From Selaginella moellendorffii (lineage: Eukaryota > Plantae > Lycopodiophyta), in contig NW_003314391.1 in the NCBI RefSeq assembly GCF_000143415.4, forward strand, positions 186,001 through 250,000: a stretch of 64,000 bases of DNA, given 5' to 3'. This document shows positions 51,158 through 64,000 of the stretch, piece after piece (position 1 is the stretch's first letter; each line of letters starts with the position of its first letter). Made by a program: the position numbers and the translations under genes. The notes under the pieces were generated by a model. The model was not told the origin of the DNA. It saw only the letters and a program-made list of their open reading frames with translations, and did no database searches.

Positions 51158-52700
51158 ATGAGGAGCGTTGCCCAGTGGAGGAGCCGCATCGCCAGCAGCG
51201 CGAGATCATCTGCATTGCCGACGCCCTGGCGATCGGGCGCGTCGGCGGTGGCGTGGGAGAGCACATCGAGCGATTCCGGGGAGAAATCTGGTGAGAAATC
51301 TGGCGATGAGGAGGAAGGAGGAGAAGGAGAGGGAAAAGAGGGCAAGGGGCGCAAGATTCCATACTACAGGGACGTGGAATTCCACAAGAAGGCGTGGGAC
51401 AAGAGGATGAAGCGCTGGGGCGAGGCAGAGGGCGCGGGCAATTCGGTCTACACGTTTGGGAAGCCCGAGCCCGATTACACGGCATGCCTGCTATCGGATG
51501 CAAGCAAGGAGAAGATGTATCAGATGCACAAGGAGAATCCAGAGGTGAATTCGGTGGACAAGCTCGCGGCCGAGTATCGCATCCGGAAGCAGCGCGTTCA
51601 TGCCATTCTCTGGCTCAAGGAGCTCGAGAAGGAAGAGGAGGCGAGGCTTGGCCATCCTCTGGATGATAGCGTGGAGAAGTTCTACGAGAACATGTATGGG
51701 TAAGTGTTCTTCCTCTCTTCCTTTTTCTTCTCTTTCGTTTGTGGCAATGCTTGTTCTACATTCTCTCCTTCTTTTCCATCTCATCCATCTAGGAGTTTAG
51801 AACATCAGTGATCTCCATTCTGATCGCATCGAGAGAGCCTTCTCTTCCTTTTTCTTCTCTTCAATGTGTGTTTTTTATTCTCTCATTTTTCCTCGTCTAG
51901 AACTTCAGTGATCTTATTCCTGATGGCATTGTGAGAGTCTTCGAGTTTTTGTTCTAGGTTCCATCTAGGAGTCTAGAACTTTGTTCTTCGTTGCTCATTG
52001 ATGAACGTCCTTGAATTTTTCAGGCCTGTGAGTAAGTCCTTTTTCTTCTCTTTCGTTTGTGTCAACGCATCTCTCATTCGTTTCCTCGTAAATCTCATCC
52101 ATCTAGAAGTCTAGAACTTCAGTGGTCGCCTTCCTGATCGCATCGAGAGAGACTTCCAGTTTTGTTCTACGGCCCATCTAGGAGTCTAGAACTTTGTTCT
52201 TCATTGCTTTTACTTTCTGGCTGATGAACGTCCTTCATCTTTCAGGACTGTGCAGAAGGCACAGAAAGGCGAGAGGCACACGACGGACATCGAGATTGGT
52301 CCCGACGGCTGGGAAGGCAAGTCCCAAGACCAGGCATTGAGAGAACAATCCGAGAAGGAGGAGCGAATTCTGGTGGAAGAATTCGAACGGAGGATGGAGT
52401 TTAACAAAAAGCAGGCAAGATACCAGTTCTCTTCTAGCTTCCATTCTTTTTTTCGTGTAGTAACACTCAACACTGGATGGATGGCAGATTTATGGCTTCG
52501 TCAAGACTCACATCATGAGCCGGAGGAGGCCGATCGATGGCTGGAGCTACATGGTCGAAGATCTGGGCCTGGAATCCAAGAGGGGAAGAAGTGGTGGAAT
52601 CCGGAGTGTGACGGAGCCCGACGGTACCAGGAGAACTTTAAACGAGGAGGAAAGAATGTGGACGAAGCGTGAGAGAGTCGTGGCTAGGCGGAAACCATAG
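51158..52700 (+). CDS. GCD1: Plant mitoribosomal protein mS45 / GAMETE CELL DEFECTIVE 1-like
   Basis: YTFGKPEP, KEKMYQMHKENPEVNSVDKLAAEYRIRKQRVHAILWLKE, LGHPLDDSVE, EFERRMEFNKK, SRRRPIDGW. Confidence 0.85.
51700..52252 (+). repeat. Tandem duplication of the whole of GCD1 intron 1
   Basis: Two copies of gtaagt..tttttcttctctttcgtttgtg..catccatctag..tctagaactttgttcttc..gatgaacgtcctt..ttcagg[c/a]ctgtg (51700-52030 and 52032-52252). Confidence 0.85.
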
Positions 52701-53163
52701 CTCTAGAGTTCCTTGGATCATCTTCGTCAAGGTACTGTTTTTCTCTTCTCTCATTCTTTTTTCTACTCTTGGGATCGATCCAAAGTTTGGATGTTCTTCC
52801 AGAAAATCTTTCTCTACTCCAGTGATCCTTGCGATTGATCGCGTTGTTCCAGAAAAATCAAGCGAGAGCGAGGATGTTTAGGTGAAGCTAGATTTTTTCT
52901 TTAATGTGAGAAGGGTCAAGTGAAAATACTAAGAAATATTCCAGGGCTTAAATAAGAGATCCCTTGGCTATGGCCAATGGTCAGCGAGAGAGAAGAATCC
53001 CTAGCGCGCAGAGAAAGGTCGTTGGCTGCGCTTTTTAAGCGCCCCGGGAGGCCAAGCAGCTCTTCTTGACCCATCGATTCGATCGATCGCAGGTATTTCC
53101 TCGTTTTCCTGGCCGCATTGCGCTGTAGCTGAGGTCCACTCTCCTCTCCAGGCGATCGATCTC

Positions 53164-54563
53164 ATGGCGCTGCATGCAGTGGGGCATTGTTTCCAGGTAT
53201 CCATCGATTCTCTCTCGAAATCTCTCGAAAATTTCTCACGATCGATGATTCTCTAGGGGACCGTGCTAGCGCCTGCTCATGGGGCCAATTTGCGCTCTTC
53301 GTCGCCATGCGTCAGCGTCAAGGTGAGAAATCAATCCATCGGGCATGATGAGCGCTATAGAAATCTTTTCCCTTTGCTTGTTCTCGAACAGATGCCTCCC
53401 GCGGCTCAAGGATTCTCTCTGGATCTTCATGCTGCGGCATACTTTGGTGAATCCAGGAAAGCTGCGAGGAGAGTTTTCTTTCGAGTGAATGCCAAGGTTG
53501 CTACTACCGCTGCTCCAGATCTTGACACCGCCAGCGACCCTCCATTGAACATATTCAAGCCCAAAACTCCATACACCGCGACCATCAAGTCAGTGGAGAG
53601 GATTGTTGGCGACAAAGCTCCTGGCGAGACCTGTCACATTGTGATCGATCACGGTGGAAACGTTCCTTACTGGGAAGGCCAGAGTTACGGTGTCATTCCT
53701 CCGGTAAGTTCCAGTTCTCTTTTCTCTCCTGTTCGCTATCCAGCTCTTTTTTTTTTTTGTTCTTGTTCTGAGCTTGATGACTACTCAGGGTGAGAATCCC
53801 AAGAAGCCTGGAACTCCTCATGCCGTGCGTTTGTACTCCATCGCGTCGACGAGATATGGTGACGACTTCGATGGTAAAACAGCGAGCCTTTGCGTGAGAA
53901 GAGCAGTCTACTGGGATCCAGAGACGGGGAAGGAAGATCCTGCAAGAAAGGGAGTTTGCAGCAACTTTCTCTGTGACAGAAAACCCGGAGACAAGGTCCA
54001 GATCACAGGCAAGCTTTTCCTATACAGTTTTTGTCTAGTTTCTTCTCTCACATCCAGTGTCCACAGGGCCTTCGGGGAAGATCATGCTACTACCAGAAAG
54101 CAACCCCAAGGCAGCACACATTATGATCGCCACAGGCACTGGTATCGCACCATTCAGGGGCTACTTGCGAAGGATGTTCATGGAGGACGTGAGCTTCAAG
54201 TTCGGCGGCTTGGCGTGGCTCTTCCTGGGCGTTGCCAACCGTGACAGCCTCCTCTACCACGACGAGTTCGAAGGCTATCTCAAGGAGTACCCGGACAACT
54301 TTAGATACGACATCGCGTTGAGCCGAGAGCAGAACAACAAGCGGGGCGGGAAGATGTACGTCCAGGACAAGATCGAGGAGTACAGTGAGGAAGTTTTCAA
54401 GCTTTTGGACGAGGGAGCGCACATATACTTCTGCGGCTTGAAGGGGATGATGCCGGGCATCCAGGACACGCTCAAGAGAGTCGCCGAGGAGCGAGGAGAG
54501 TCTTGGGAAGAGAAGCTGTCGATGCTCAAGAAGAAGAAGCAGTGGCACGTCGAAGTCTACTGA
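53164..54563 (+). CDS. RFNR: Ferredoxin-NADP+ reductase, root type
   Basis: Transit peptide, [56 protein letters not shown]. Confidence 0.96.
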
Positions 54564-55733
54564 AAGATGATCGAAGAGAGAGAGAGACATTCTCTTTTGG
54601 TTTTAATCCTTTTTGCCATTGTTTTGTAAGAAGGCAGGAGAATTGTCCTCCTGCAGCAAAAAAAAAACCAAAGCGATGAAAGCCGATTTAAATGAGAATA
54701 TTCTGCTATATTCCGTATATGAGGTGGCAAATATATGACGATTTTGCCCTAAAACAATCGCTGCAAACTGGTGCTAGGTTACTGTTTTTTGTTCCATTTT
54801 TGTGTGATCTACGATCGGCAAAACGCCATTCGAGCCATTGGAGCGAGAGGAGATTTCTGGAGCGGTAAGAGAGAAAAATGGCCACTTGGAATTTTCCCGC
54901 CCCCATTCATAAAACTGTATTAAGCCGTGTCACCCAAGATAGGAAAGATTCTATGTACTTGCATAGCCGAAGGAATTAGAGTGGAAATGGCATAAGCTAA
55001 TGTTAGTCCTTGACTACTTCCTAGCTAGAGACGCACGACACTCTTTTGTATTGATAAGATTGTTTTCTCGCATTACACAGGGTAAACGTCCCCAGAAGTC
55101 TGGGCAGGGCCTTGAATGGGGACCTTGCGACTTACAGGCGCATAAACGAAACGCACAGGAAGGTGAACTATCGAACCAGCAACACAGCCAACGAGAGACG
55201 GAAGCCTGAAGAGACGCAACTCTTCTACAAGGTGAGTTTTCTCTCTTATCAAGTTGTTTTTTTCTTGCCGGCTGTTGAGCAGTTTGGGACTGATTTTATC
55301 TCATCCAGCGGCTGATACCCTGGCAAGTCAGAAGAACAAGTACAAACGAGAAGGACGGCATCCAACAAGAAAGAGGTGAATCTGTTTTAGCTCGTGCTGA
55401 GATTTTCGTTTGCAGCTTTGAAGCAGTACCTTTTGGAAGATGTGCTGAAAGATATTGCACGAGTTTTCCTTTACGTGGGATGTTAACAGTAACGAGGTGG
55501 GATAGCTTTGCAAGTTTTTGGATCGAATCTATGTGTGTGATGTGTGCCAGGGAGAAGTGAGTGTTTGTGATCCAGCACCAAACTTGGAGAAGAGCATGAA
55601 GATCACGAAGAGCTCCAGGAAAACAAACGCTAAGAACATAATTATTGTGAATCGCATGGCAACTGATGGCTTTCTAGTTTTTTGAGTGGATACAGAAAGC
55701 TTAAAGGTTATAGTGGTGGAAGTGTAAATTTCC

Positions 55734-55936
55734 TGTACTCCACCGCGACGAGATATGGTGTGGTATAAAAGAGCAGTCTTCTGGGATCCAAAAACGGGGA
55801 AGGAGTATCCGGCAAAATTGGAGCTTGCAGCAACTTTCTCTGTTGGAGACGAGGAAAGTTCTCAAGCGGCTTGAAGGGCATGGAAGACATTCTCTTTTGG
55901 TTTCAATCCTTGTTTTGTAACAGGTTGTCCTCCTGC
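55734..55936 (+). pseudogene. Condensed, multiply deleted copy of RFNR (53832-54654)
   Basis: Ordered blocks tgtactcca, cgacgagatatggtg, aagagcagtct.ctgggatcca, tgcagcaactttctctgt, gcggcttgaaggg, agacattctcttttggttt, ttgtcctcctgc. Confidence 0.9.
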
Positions 55937-55977
55937 GCGACCCGAAAGAAAAAGAAAACGGCAAGCTTTTGCTTCGC

Positions 55978-57121
<1,144 letters not shown>

Positions 57122-57229
57122 CTAAGCCCTAAGCCCTAACTCATTTAGGGCTCTTTAAATATTCGGCATTTTGAATAAGTATATTCTGTTAAGGTTACAC
57201 ATTAGGAGGAAGACGATAGCGCAAGGGAG

Positions 57230-57441
57230 GTGGCGGCTCCAAAGAGGAAGTTTTTGCAAGAAAGGACCTTTCTTCCTGTCGGACAATGATTTACAAGAGG
57301 GACTTTTCAGAGCCGACTGGTGAGGACAAGCTGGACAAGAGGTTACCGCCCAAGGTGATGCAAGTCAAGGGTTTTGGCCAGCGTGGCTGCGTCAAATGGA
57401 CGCATCTCGTCAACGAGGACACAAGCCAATCGGACACACCG
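57230..57441 (+). pseudogene. MFAP1 (microfibrillar-associated protein 1, splicing factor) C-terminal fragment
   Basis: RDFSEPTGEDKLDKRLPPKVMQVKGFGQRGCVKWTHLVNEDT. Confidence 0.8.
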
Positions 57442-58199
57442 TAAGGCTATTCATCAGAGTGCCTTCTAGGATAGGAAAAGAACTCGTAAAGCTTGGTCTT
57501 TAAGATTAGCTTTTTGATCAAAACCAAGAAGGTTGTTAGGTGAGTTTTCAAAGAAAAGCTTAAAGAGGACATTTTTCTTTACCTTTCTTTACAGAGCTTA
57601 CTTGAAGCTGCAAAAAAGGAGTGTATCCAAGCATGAAATTGAAAAGAAACTTGTGTAGCACTTCATGTGATGGTCAGTAATGTACCACAACCTGCCTGTA
57701 CTAGAGGGCTTCAAAATTCAAAGAGCAGCTTAGAGAGCTAGAAATGTTGCCATACTGGATTGTCATTTTTGGATGAGGTATAAAAAAATTCTCTGTAAAA
57801 GAAATAGTTTTACTTACAACTATACATGCAGCTAGAGGAGCTGTTCAGAGCAACAATACAAGTCACTAGACAATCTACTCACACAAGAGCCAAGATCCAG
57901 GAGGTATAGTTGAAGATTCTATTGTGGTTTTTATTTTCATTTGAACATGTAGAACACAGCCCTGCCACAAAGTACCAATGGTGCTAAGCAAAGAGTAAAG
58001 AGAAAGGTTGCCACTCAACATACCTGTCCCAAGGTATTACAATTAAAAGCAATTAAACTTACCTTTCTTATAGCATATATACATGGCTCTTAGCTAGATA
58101 TTCCCAACAATGAGGATTAATCTAAACATGAAGAACAAGAGCAGCCTGAAACTAAGAGTAGACCAACAGTCCTGAAGTAAAAGCAAGTGAAGTCTAGAA

Positions 58200-59240
58200 A
58201 GGTGACAAATGTATGAACATGGACCAATGCACAACTTTGTGAAGCCATGGTGGTCAGCTATTAGAGAGGAAGGCTGCTATACACTTTGGGATACCTCATT
58301 CCACACTAAATGCTTGGGTGGCTAAGAAGAGGAAGGATATGAGACATAGTCCATCTTTACATTTGAAAAAGAGATATTTATTGTTGTGTTGAAAGTTTCA
58401 GCAGAAGTTGGCTACCCTATGATGTAAAGTGAGCTCAAAGATGCAACTGCAAGCATTGTATCAGGAAGAGATATCACCTGGAATCCTGGTCATAAATGGT
58501 GTTTGACTGTTCATGAAGAGCATCCAAATATAAAACTCAAGACTACTCAGCCTTTGGAACTACAACAAGCTAAGAGTTTATGTCAACATGTTGTTCAATG
58601 CTTCTATGATCAACTTGAAGTTACATACCTTGTGAACAAATACAAAGCCAGCAACATTTGGAATGTCGACAAGATTGGTGTTTGTGCTAGTCAAAATAGA
58701 TGTGCCAAAGTCCTAGCAACAAGTGGAATGCAGAGTTTGTTCCAGGCAACATTTCACATATCACTATTCTAATTGTTGTGAATATGGAGAGAGTATCATT
58801 ATTTAGTTTCCATATCTTCCAAGAGGAGTGCCACATGCAAAATTAGATATCTAGCTGTGAACTTGGGAGTGATATTTGCAATAACTCCAAACGTCTGGAT
58901 GCTAAATGAGTTGTGGCCTCAATGGCTTCACCACTTTGTGAAACACGTACATGGTGGCTACTCAAGTGAAAACAAGTATGCTCTTATCATTGACAATCAC
59001 ACCTTTTATTGCTCTTTACACCTCATAGCTAAAGATCTTAGCCTCCTACTAGCACACTCATCACATAAGTTACAACCATTGGATGTGGGCTACTTTGGCC
59101 CATTCAAAATTTACTTTCAATAAGCTATTCACAAGTTCATGTATAGAACAGTGGGAGCACAAGCATCAAAAAAGGATCTCGCAATGCTGTCTAGCAAGGC
59201 AATGGTTTTAGCTCTATCACTTGAAAACATCAAAGCCAAA
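58200..59240 (+). mobile_element. pogo/Tigger-like DDE_1 transposase remnant
   Basis: NIWNVDKIG, WMLNELWPQWLHHF, ALIIDNH, HSSHKLQPLDVGYFGPFK, with stops and frameshifts. Confidence 0.85.
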
Positions 59241-62200
59241 TAGCCACTAAATAAGGAGGTAATGAACTCTCACTTTGGTCCAAGTATTCTACACTCAATA
59301 AACTTGGATGACTTTGATGCTATAGATGCATTGAAGTTGATGGTGTTAGCATTGTTGAAATTAGAACCACTAGTGTTTCTTATGCAAACTCTTGATCCTG
59401 TATAGTAGGTACTTCCTTTATTGCTATTTCTTTAGTCTCTTCTTCTTTACTAACATTGTATTGTAATTGTAGAATCAAATAATGATCAACAAGCAAGTGT
59501 GTTGCAACCATCAACTCTAGCAAATGGTGATGAATAGGCATGAGTGTCACAGTTAGCAACCTTCTTGTGCCACCATCATTAGTTCCACTTTCTAAACCAA
59601 ATATTGTGTTACAAGTATTAGTAGGATTCTAGCTTCCATTACCAACTCTCAAAGCACAACAATTTGTTTTTTAGTTTTCTTTTGTCTTTGTGGTGGATGA
59701 AGCTCATCTTACATCTCGTAAAGCATTCTTCAACTCTGCATCAATTCATCATGTTTTTGGAATTGGTGAAGTCTGTGATTACATTGAACCACATACATGT
59801 CATAATGGCTTTTGGTGCTAGGCTGAGGAGTGTACCATTAAAAATCACAAACTTGTGCTCCACAACAATAAAGTTGCATTCTTAAAGCACCATGTTGAGA
59901 ACTTATTCATAAACACAATACTAGAGGAGAAGTTTGAGATTGCAACTGATTTCATCCATAGGCATATAGAATTCCTAAGAGGTTGAGGCTTATGTACAAC
60001 ATGCTTGCTGACTCACAGACAGCCCCATGTAATAGGTTGACAATGCCCTATATCCCAAGGGCACAGGTTTTGAGGTCCATCTTGAACAGACTGCATTCTC
60101 TATTAAAAACCTCGAAAACTGGCAGTATAGACTATCCACATCCTCATGTAATTCATGCAACTTATCAACCTCATCTCTACTACGACACTAGAGCCTACAA
60201 ACATGTAAACCACTTGCCATAAGAAGGCAAAAAGGTAATGGCTTACCCTCGGTCATGAATCCATGTAGCAATCATCTCCAATATTGAAGTCGTGATGCTA
60301 TGTCCAGCATGAGGTAGAAGTGGTCCTATACCTTCTGAGCAAAACATGTCTTTGAACCTACGCTCATCCAGTCTGAATCTTGCAAGAACTGGCTCCCATT
60401 CTTGCCAATATGGCATGGAATTAGTGTTGAGGACGCATTAGAGGAACTACTTCTTATTAAGCTATTTGAACTCCTCATGGTCTCCTAGGATTTCTAAGCA
60501 ATCCTCATCTTCTTGTGTTAACAAACCATAGTTTCCAAGAATTTTGTGCTTAAGCCAATGTACATGTGCCATGAGGTCAAGATCATTTGCTATTGCAAGC
60601 TGCATCTTCTATAACTCCTATTTCTTGGGAATTAATGATATTGTTAATAGCCTCAGGTTGCATGACCAACTCCAACTCATTGTTGTAAGCCATGGCAGCA
60701 TCTATCCATGCACTTTGCTTCAACTCAAAACCACATGAATCAACAATATTATACATTGAGCACATGCTCCATAACTAGACCACTTACACTAAAGTTGTTA
60801 TTGAGTAAAACATTTTTGCTAGCGGGAGTGGTATTTGGCAGTCCTTGTTGCCAAAAGGTGGTGGTCTCTTTGTAAGATCTTCTAGCCCAAAACCGTCATC
60901 ACTGTCCAAGACCACCATAAGCTATGTTGCAAATGTAGGTGCCTTTAGTGAGGACTTGGGTGAGGAAAGAAAGAGTCCTAAATGCTATTAATCAAGCATA
61001 TTTGACCTAGTTAGAAAAACTCATTTATTTACTAGTGTTGGGTCCCTTAATATTTGCTAAATGATAGTTTACCATATCCACCAAGACTCACTATCATGCC
61101 CCATGTGTTGGTTCTATTCGATTTTATTAGCTATTTATAGAAAGTGTCTAAACTTGCTAATCTAACATATCAATGGAATGAGATTGTCTTGAACATAATG
61201 GTGTTGTATCTAAATTCATAGTTTAATCATATTTAGTAAATTTTCATAATTGTCCTAGAGACTAACTTTTAAAACTAAAACTAGGGTGAAAACCCAAAGT
61301 GTGCATTCTTAAAGGGGAGGGGGGAGGGAGTTATAATCAAATGTATAATAGGGATAATGGATAGGTTAGGTATGATTGACCAACTTAAGGTATAATTTTA
61401 ACTCCCACTTGCGCACCTATCCTTATTTTGCATTTGGCTTGGGTCAAAGCTCAAGTTCCATACCATGCTAGTTACTAAAGTACCCATATCCTACCTTATC
61501 GTACTAATGGTTCACTCAACAGACTTTGGGAAGAAGCTGAGCATGGAAATACAAATGGACAATGCAAGGGTGGGGTGGCTAGAAGTCTTGCAAACCTAGA
61601 CGCAGTTAAGAACTAATTTGAAATATTTGGAAAATACTTACATTAGCAGCTCTCTTTGAGGAAGAACATGGTTTAAACCCTCTTTGGGATGCTGTGGTTG
61701 ATTGGAGAGTTGGTCCTTCTCTTGAGCCAGATTGGGAGGATGTAAATCAGGCATCTGGAATGCAAAGGGGATGTGATGACTCTAGGCTCCCCTCAACATA
61801 GATTGGGTGGCAAACTCAAGCATCTATATTGCATAGGAGCTATTGCTATCTAGTGCAGCTGATGGCCCCATGCCTCTAGGTAGTATGTTGCCTGCCAAGG
61901 TGGTGTTTGTTGCAACTGAAATGGTCATGTAGGGGTGTTACCAATACCTACTAGTGGTGGTATTTGTCATATCTATAACAGTTGTGTTGGGGTGCTACTA
62001 GTGCTACTACCAATAGATTGAGCTCTTTAGGCTGGTGAAACACTAAAGCTTTTGAGCACATGTCCAAATCCCAATGGAGAGTTACTTGTGCTTTGATTCA
62101 AAGGAGATTCTTTGTGAAGGGTTGTTAGCTGCTTGAGCTGGTGCATTGACAAACTATGCTCTACATGCTTGTACGTGGACAGGATCATTGGAATTAAGAC

Positions 62201-62999
62201 CGCAGATGTGGTTTGCAAATTGGAGGTGGAGGGAAGACCAAAAGGGTTGCCCGTATCACCTAGAGCATTTATGTTCCATGGTTGAACACCTCCACTATTA
62301 TGTATTCTTGCTGGGTTCTTGCTTCTTGCTTGTGGGAAATAAAAAACAAAGAGGAGAAACTTGCCATGGAGAAAAGAGGAAATAAGGAAAAGAGAAAAGA
62401 GAAAGAGCAAAAGGCTTACCATGGTAAAATGTGAGAGATCAAAGCTCCACTTCCTCCATAAAAACGAAACAAACACATGATAGTTCAAACCTTAGAAAAA
62501 CATGAAAGGAATGATATCCTAATAATTGCCGCAATCGATCACAATTTCAAGATGTATTAAATTGTTACTGGTGCAAATTCAATTTGATTGGTAAACCCAG
62601 GACAAAGTCCACGTGGTAGACAAACACCCTAAAACAGGGGAGAAAAGAACTTTTATTAATAAAAAGAGTTAACCAACTGTTAAAACAACATTAGTTGCAA
62701 TTTCTTGAGCACTCACCTCTTGACTGGTGTTTCAGAAGGAAGAGCAGTGTTAATATAAACTTAGAAGAGCCACACCTTCAACGTTAGCTATTGCACATTT
62801 TATAGACAAATCCAAGTAAAGAAGATATTACTAATCAAGATTAAGGTTTTGCTGATACATTAGAAAAGACCAATTCCTCACAACAACAAGTTCCTAAAGC
62901 ATCAAGCATGCTTTGGTTGATAGAAAAAAGGGAATTAATACTTGAGGGAGCATTGCACCTTCAACATTCATAAGCATTAAACTTAACATGTCTTTTATA

Positions 63000-63545
63000 T
63001 CCCTTGAAGACAGTGGCCAAACAATTCTAGAAGTGGTGTGAACATTTATGCATATCATCTCCAAAAGGAAAGCTTACCCAAGCTTGTGCTCCAAGGGCTA
63101 GAACAAGTTTGTTAGTACGTGAGATGGCCTAAAGAACTTACCACACCGATATGAATGCACCTTGTGTAAATTCCATGTAGCAGCCTAGTGAGATATGTCT
63201 TTGGCAAGATACAGCACAAAAACACATCACAAACTCTACTTGTGCCATGTATTGGAAACACCAATATACCAATATCCTCCATAGGTGTTTGTAGAACCAC
63301 ATCGTGCACTTGTATAATTCATGCCACAAGTGTTCAATGCATTGCAAGGCAGGGAGGTTAGTAGTGATGAACATGTGCAAGAAAATATTAGAGGCAAGCC
63401 TGGTTTCTTGTTGACGTCTCACTAATAAAACTCCTTTCCTAAGGACCCCAACAATGTTCCATATTGTCTTCTACCAAATTATGTTCAGGAGCACTGTCAC
63501 TCCTAATGCATTTAGGCCACCCAAATCTGTGTACAACCTATGCAT
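63000..63545 (-). mobile_element. Degenerate DDE integrase-core remnant (IS3EU/Ginger-like)
   Basis: HRFGWPKCIRSDSAPEHNLV and QCIEHLWHEL resemble the YGxPSRVRSDxGxEN...NQRIERLWRD integrase signature. Confidence 0.5.
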
Positions 63546-63706
63546 ATGTGTTGAAAATTGCATGTGTTTGTTTCATGGTTGACAGTTCACAAAGTGATTA
63601 TATAATGAGTTGCCCCACATATTAAAGTGTGAACGTAGAATCCATATGATACAATCTTGCAATATGCTGCCACGGAGAATTGGCTAAAACTGACAGCCCA
63701 AAAAAG

Positions 63707-63737
63707 TGGATGGATAGATAGATAGATAGATAGATAG
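63707..63737 (+). repeat. (GATA)n microsatellite
   Basis: tggatggatagatagatagatagatagatag. Confidence 0.85.
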
Positions 63738-64000
63738 AGTTTTGGCCAAAGATAATGGGGTGTTTTGATATAAAGAGCTTCAAAAATTTGAGCAAGATAC
63801 ATATTAACGTTTAATATTATGAAAATCTCTAGAAAGTCAATTTTCTAGAAGTTCTTTCCATACTTTCACATATATGGACCATAGAAATACTTTTATGAAT
63901 GTGGATATTCAAAATCTATATTAAGCACCATCTTAAACAATATTTTTTTCAAAACACCACAATGGAATATGCACTTTATTGAGCAAGAATGGTTTTTCAG

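Noticed and set aside
54900-55700. Exon-intron-like pattern between RFNR and DIM1A
   Set aside because: Frames do not join into an identifiable protein.

Overview
Eukaryotic, gene-dense plant nuclear DNA with very short introns, tiny intergenic spacers, telo-box promoters and PLS-class PPR genes. This style strongly suggests the lycophyte Selaginella (inference, not verified). About 19 apparently intact genes can be read: ATL RING-H2, PORR, BSD, a GA20ox-like 2-ODD, mitochondrial SSB, GDSL lipase, GULLO, an NTPase-nuclease, plastid LPD, a charged unknown protein, BAHD, RsgA, MED18, ALDH2, AMP1/LAMP1, UBC13, GCD1/mS45, root FNR and DIM1A. There is also a frameshifted PPR. Three accessory zones (about 1-4.7 kb, 17.7-29.3 kb and 54.9-64 kb) hold deletion-riddled copies of neighbouring genes (GULLO x2, SSB, FNR), fragments of unrelated genes (RLK, GT37, SPRY, MFAP1, PPR) and transposon remnants (pogo, integrase). 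A LINE fragment lies inside a candidate Helitron at 46.6-50.0 kb. The most unusual element is an intact, intronless 594-aa STAND/AAA_35-like ATPase fused to a PD-(D/E)xK-like nuclease (27045-28829), resembling Crinkler-type or bacterial defence NTPase-REase proteins. A degenerate gene of similar architecture lies at about 2.6-4.2 kb, and both sit between GULLO-derived sequences. All calls are by eye; no searches were run.
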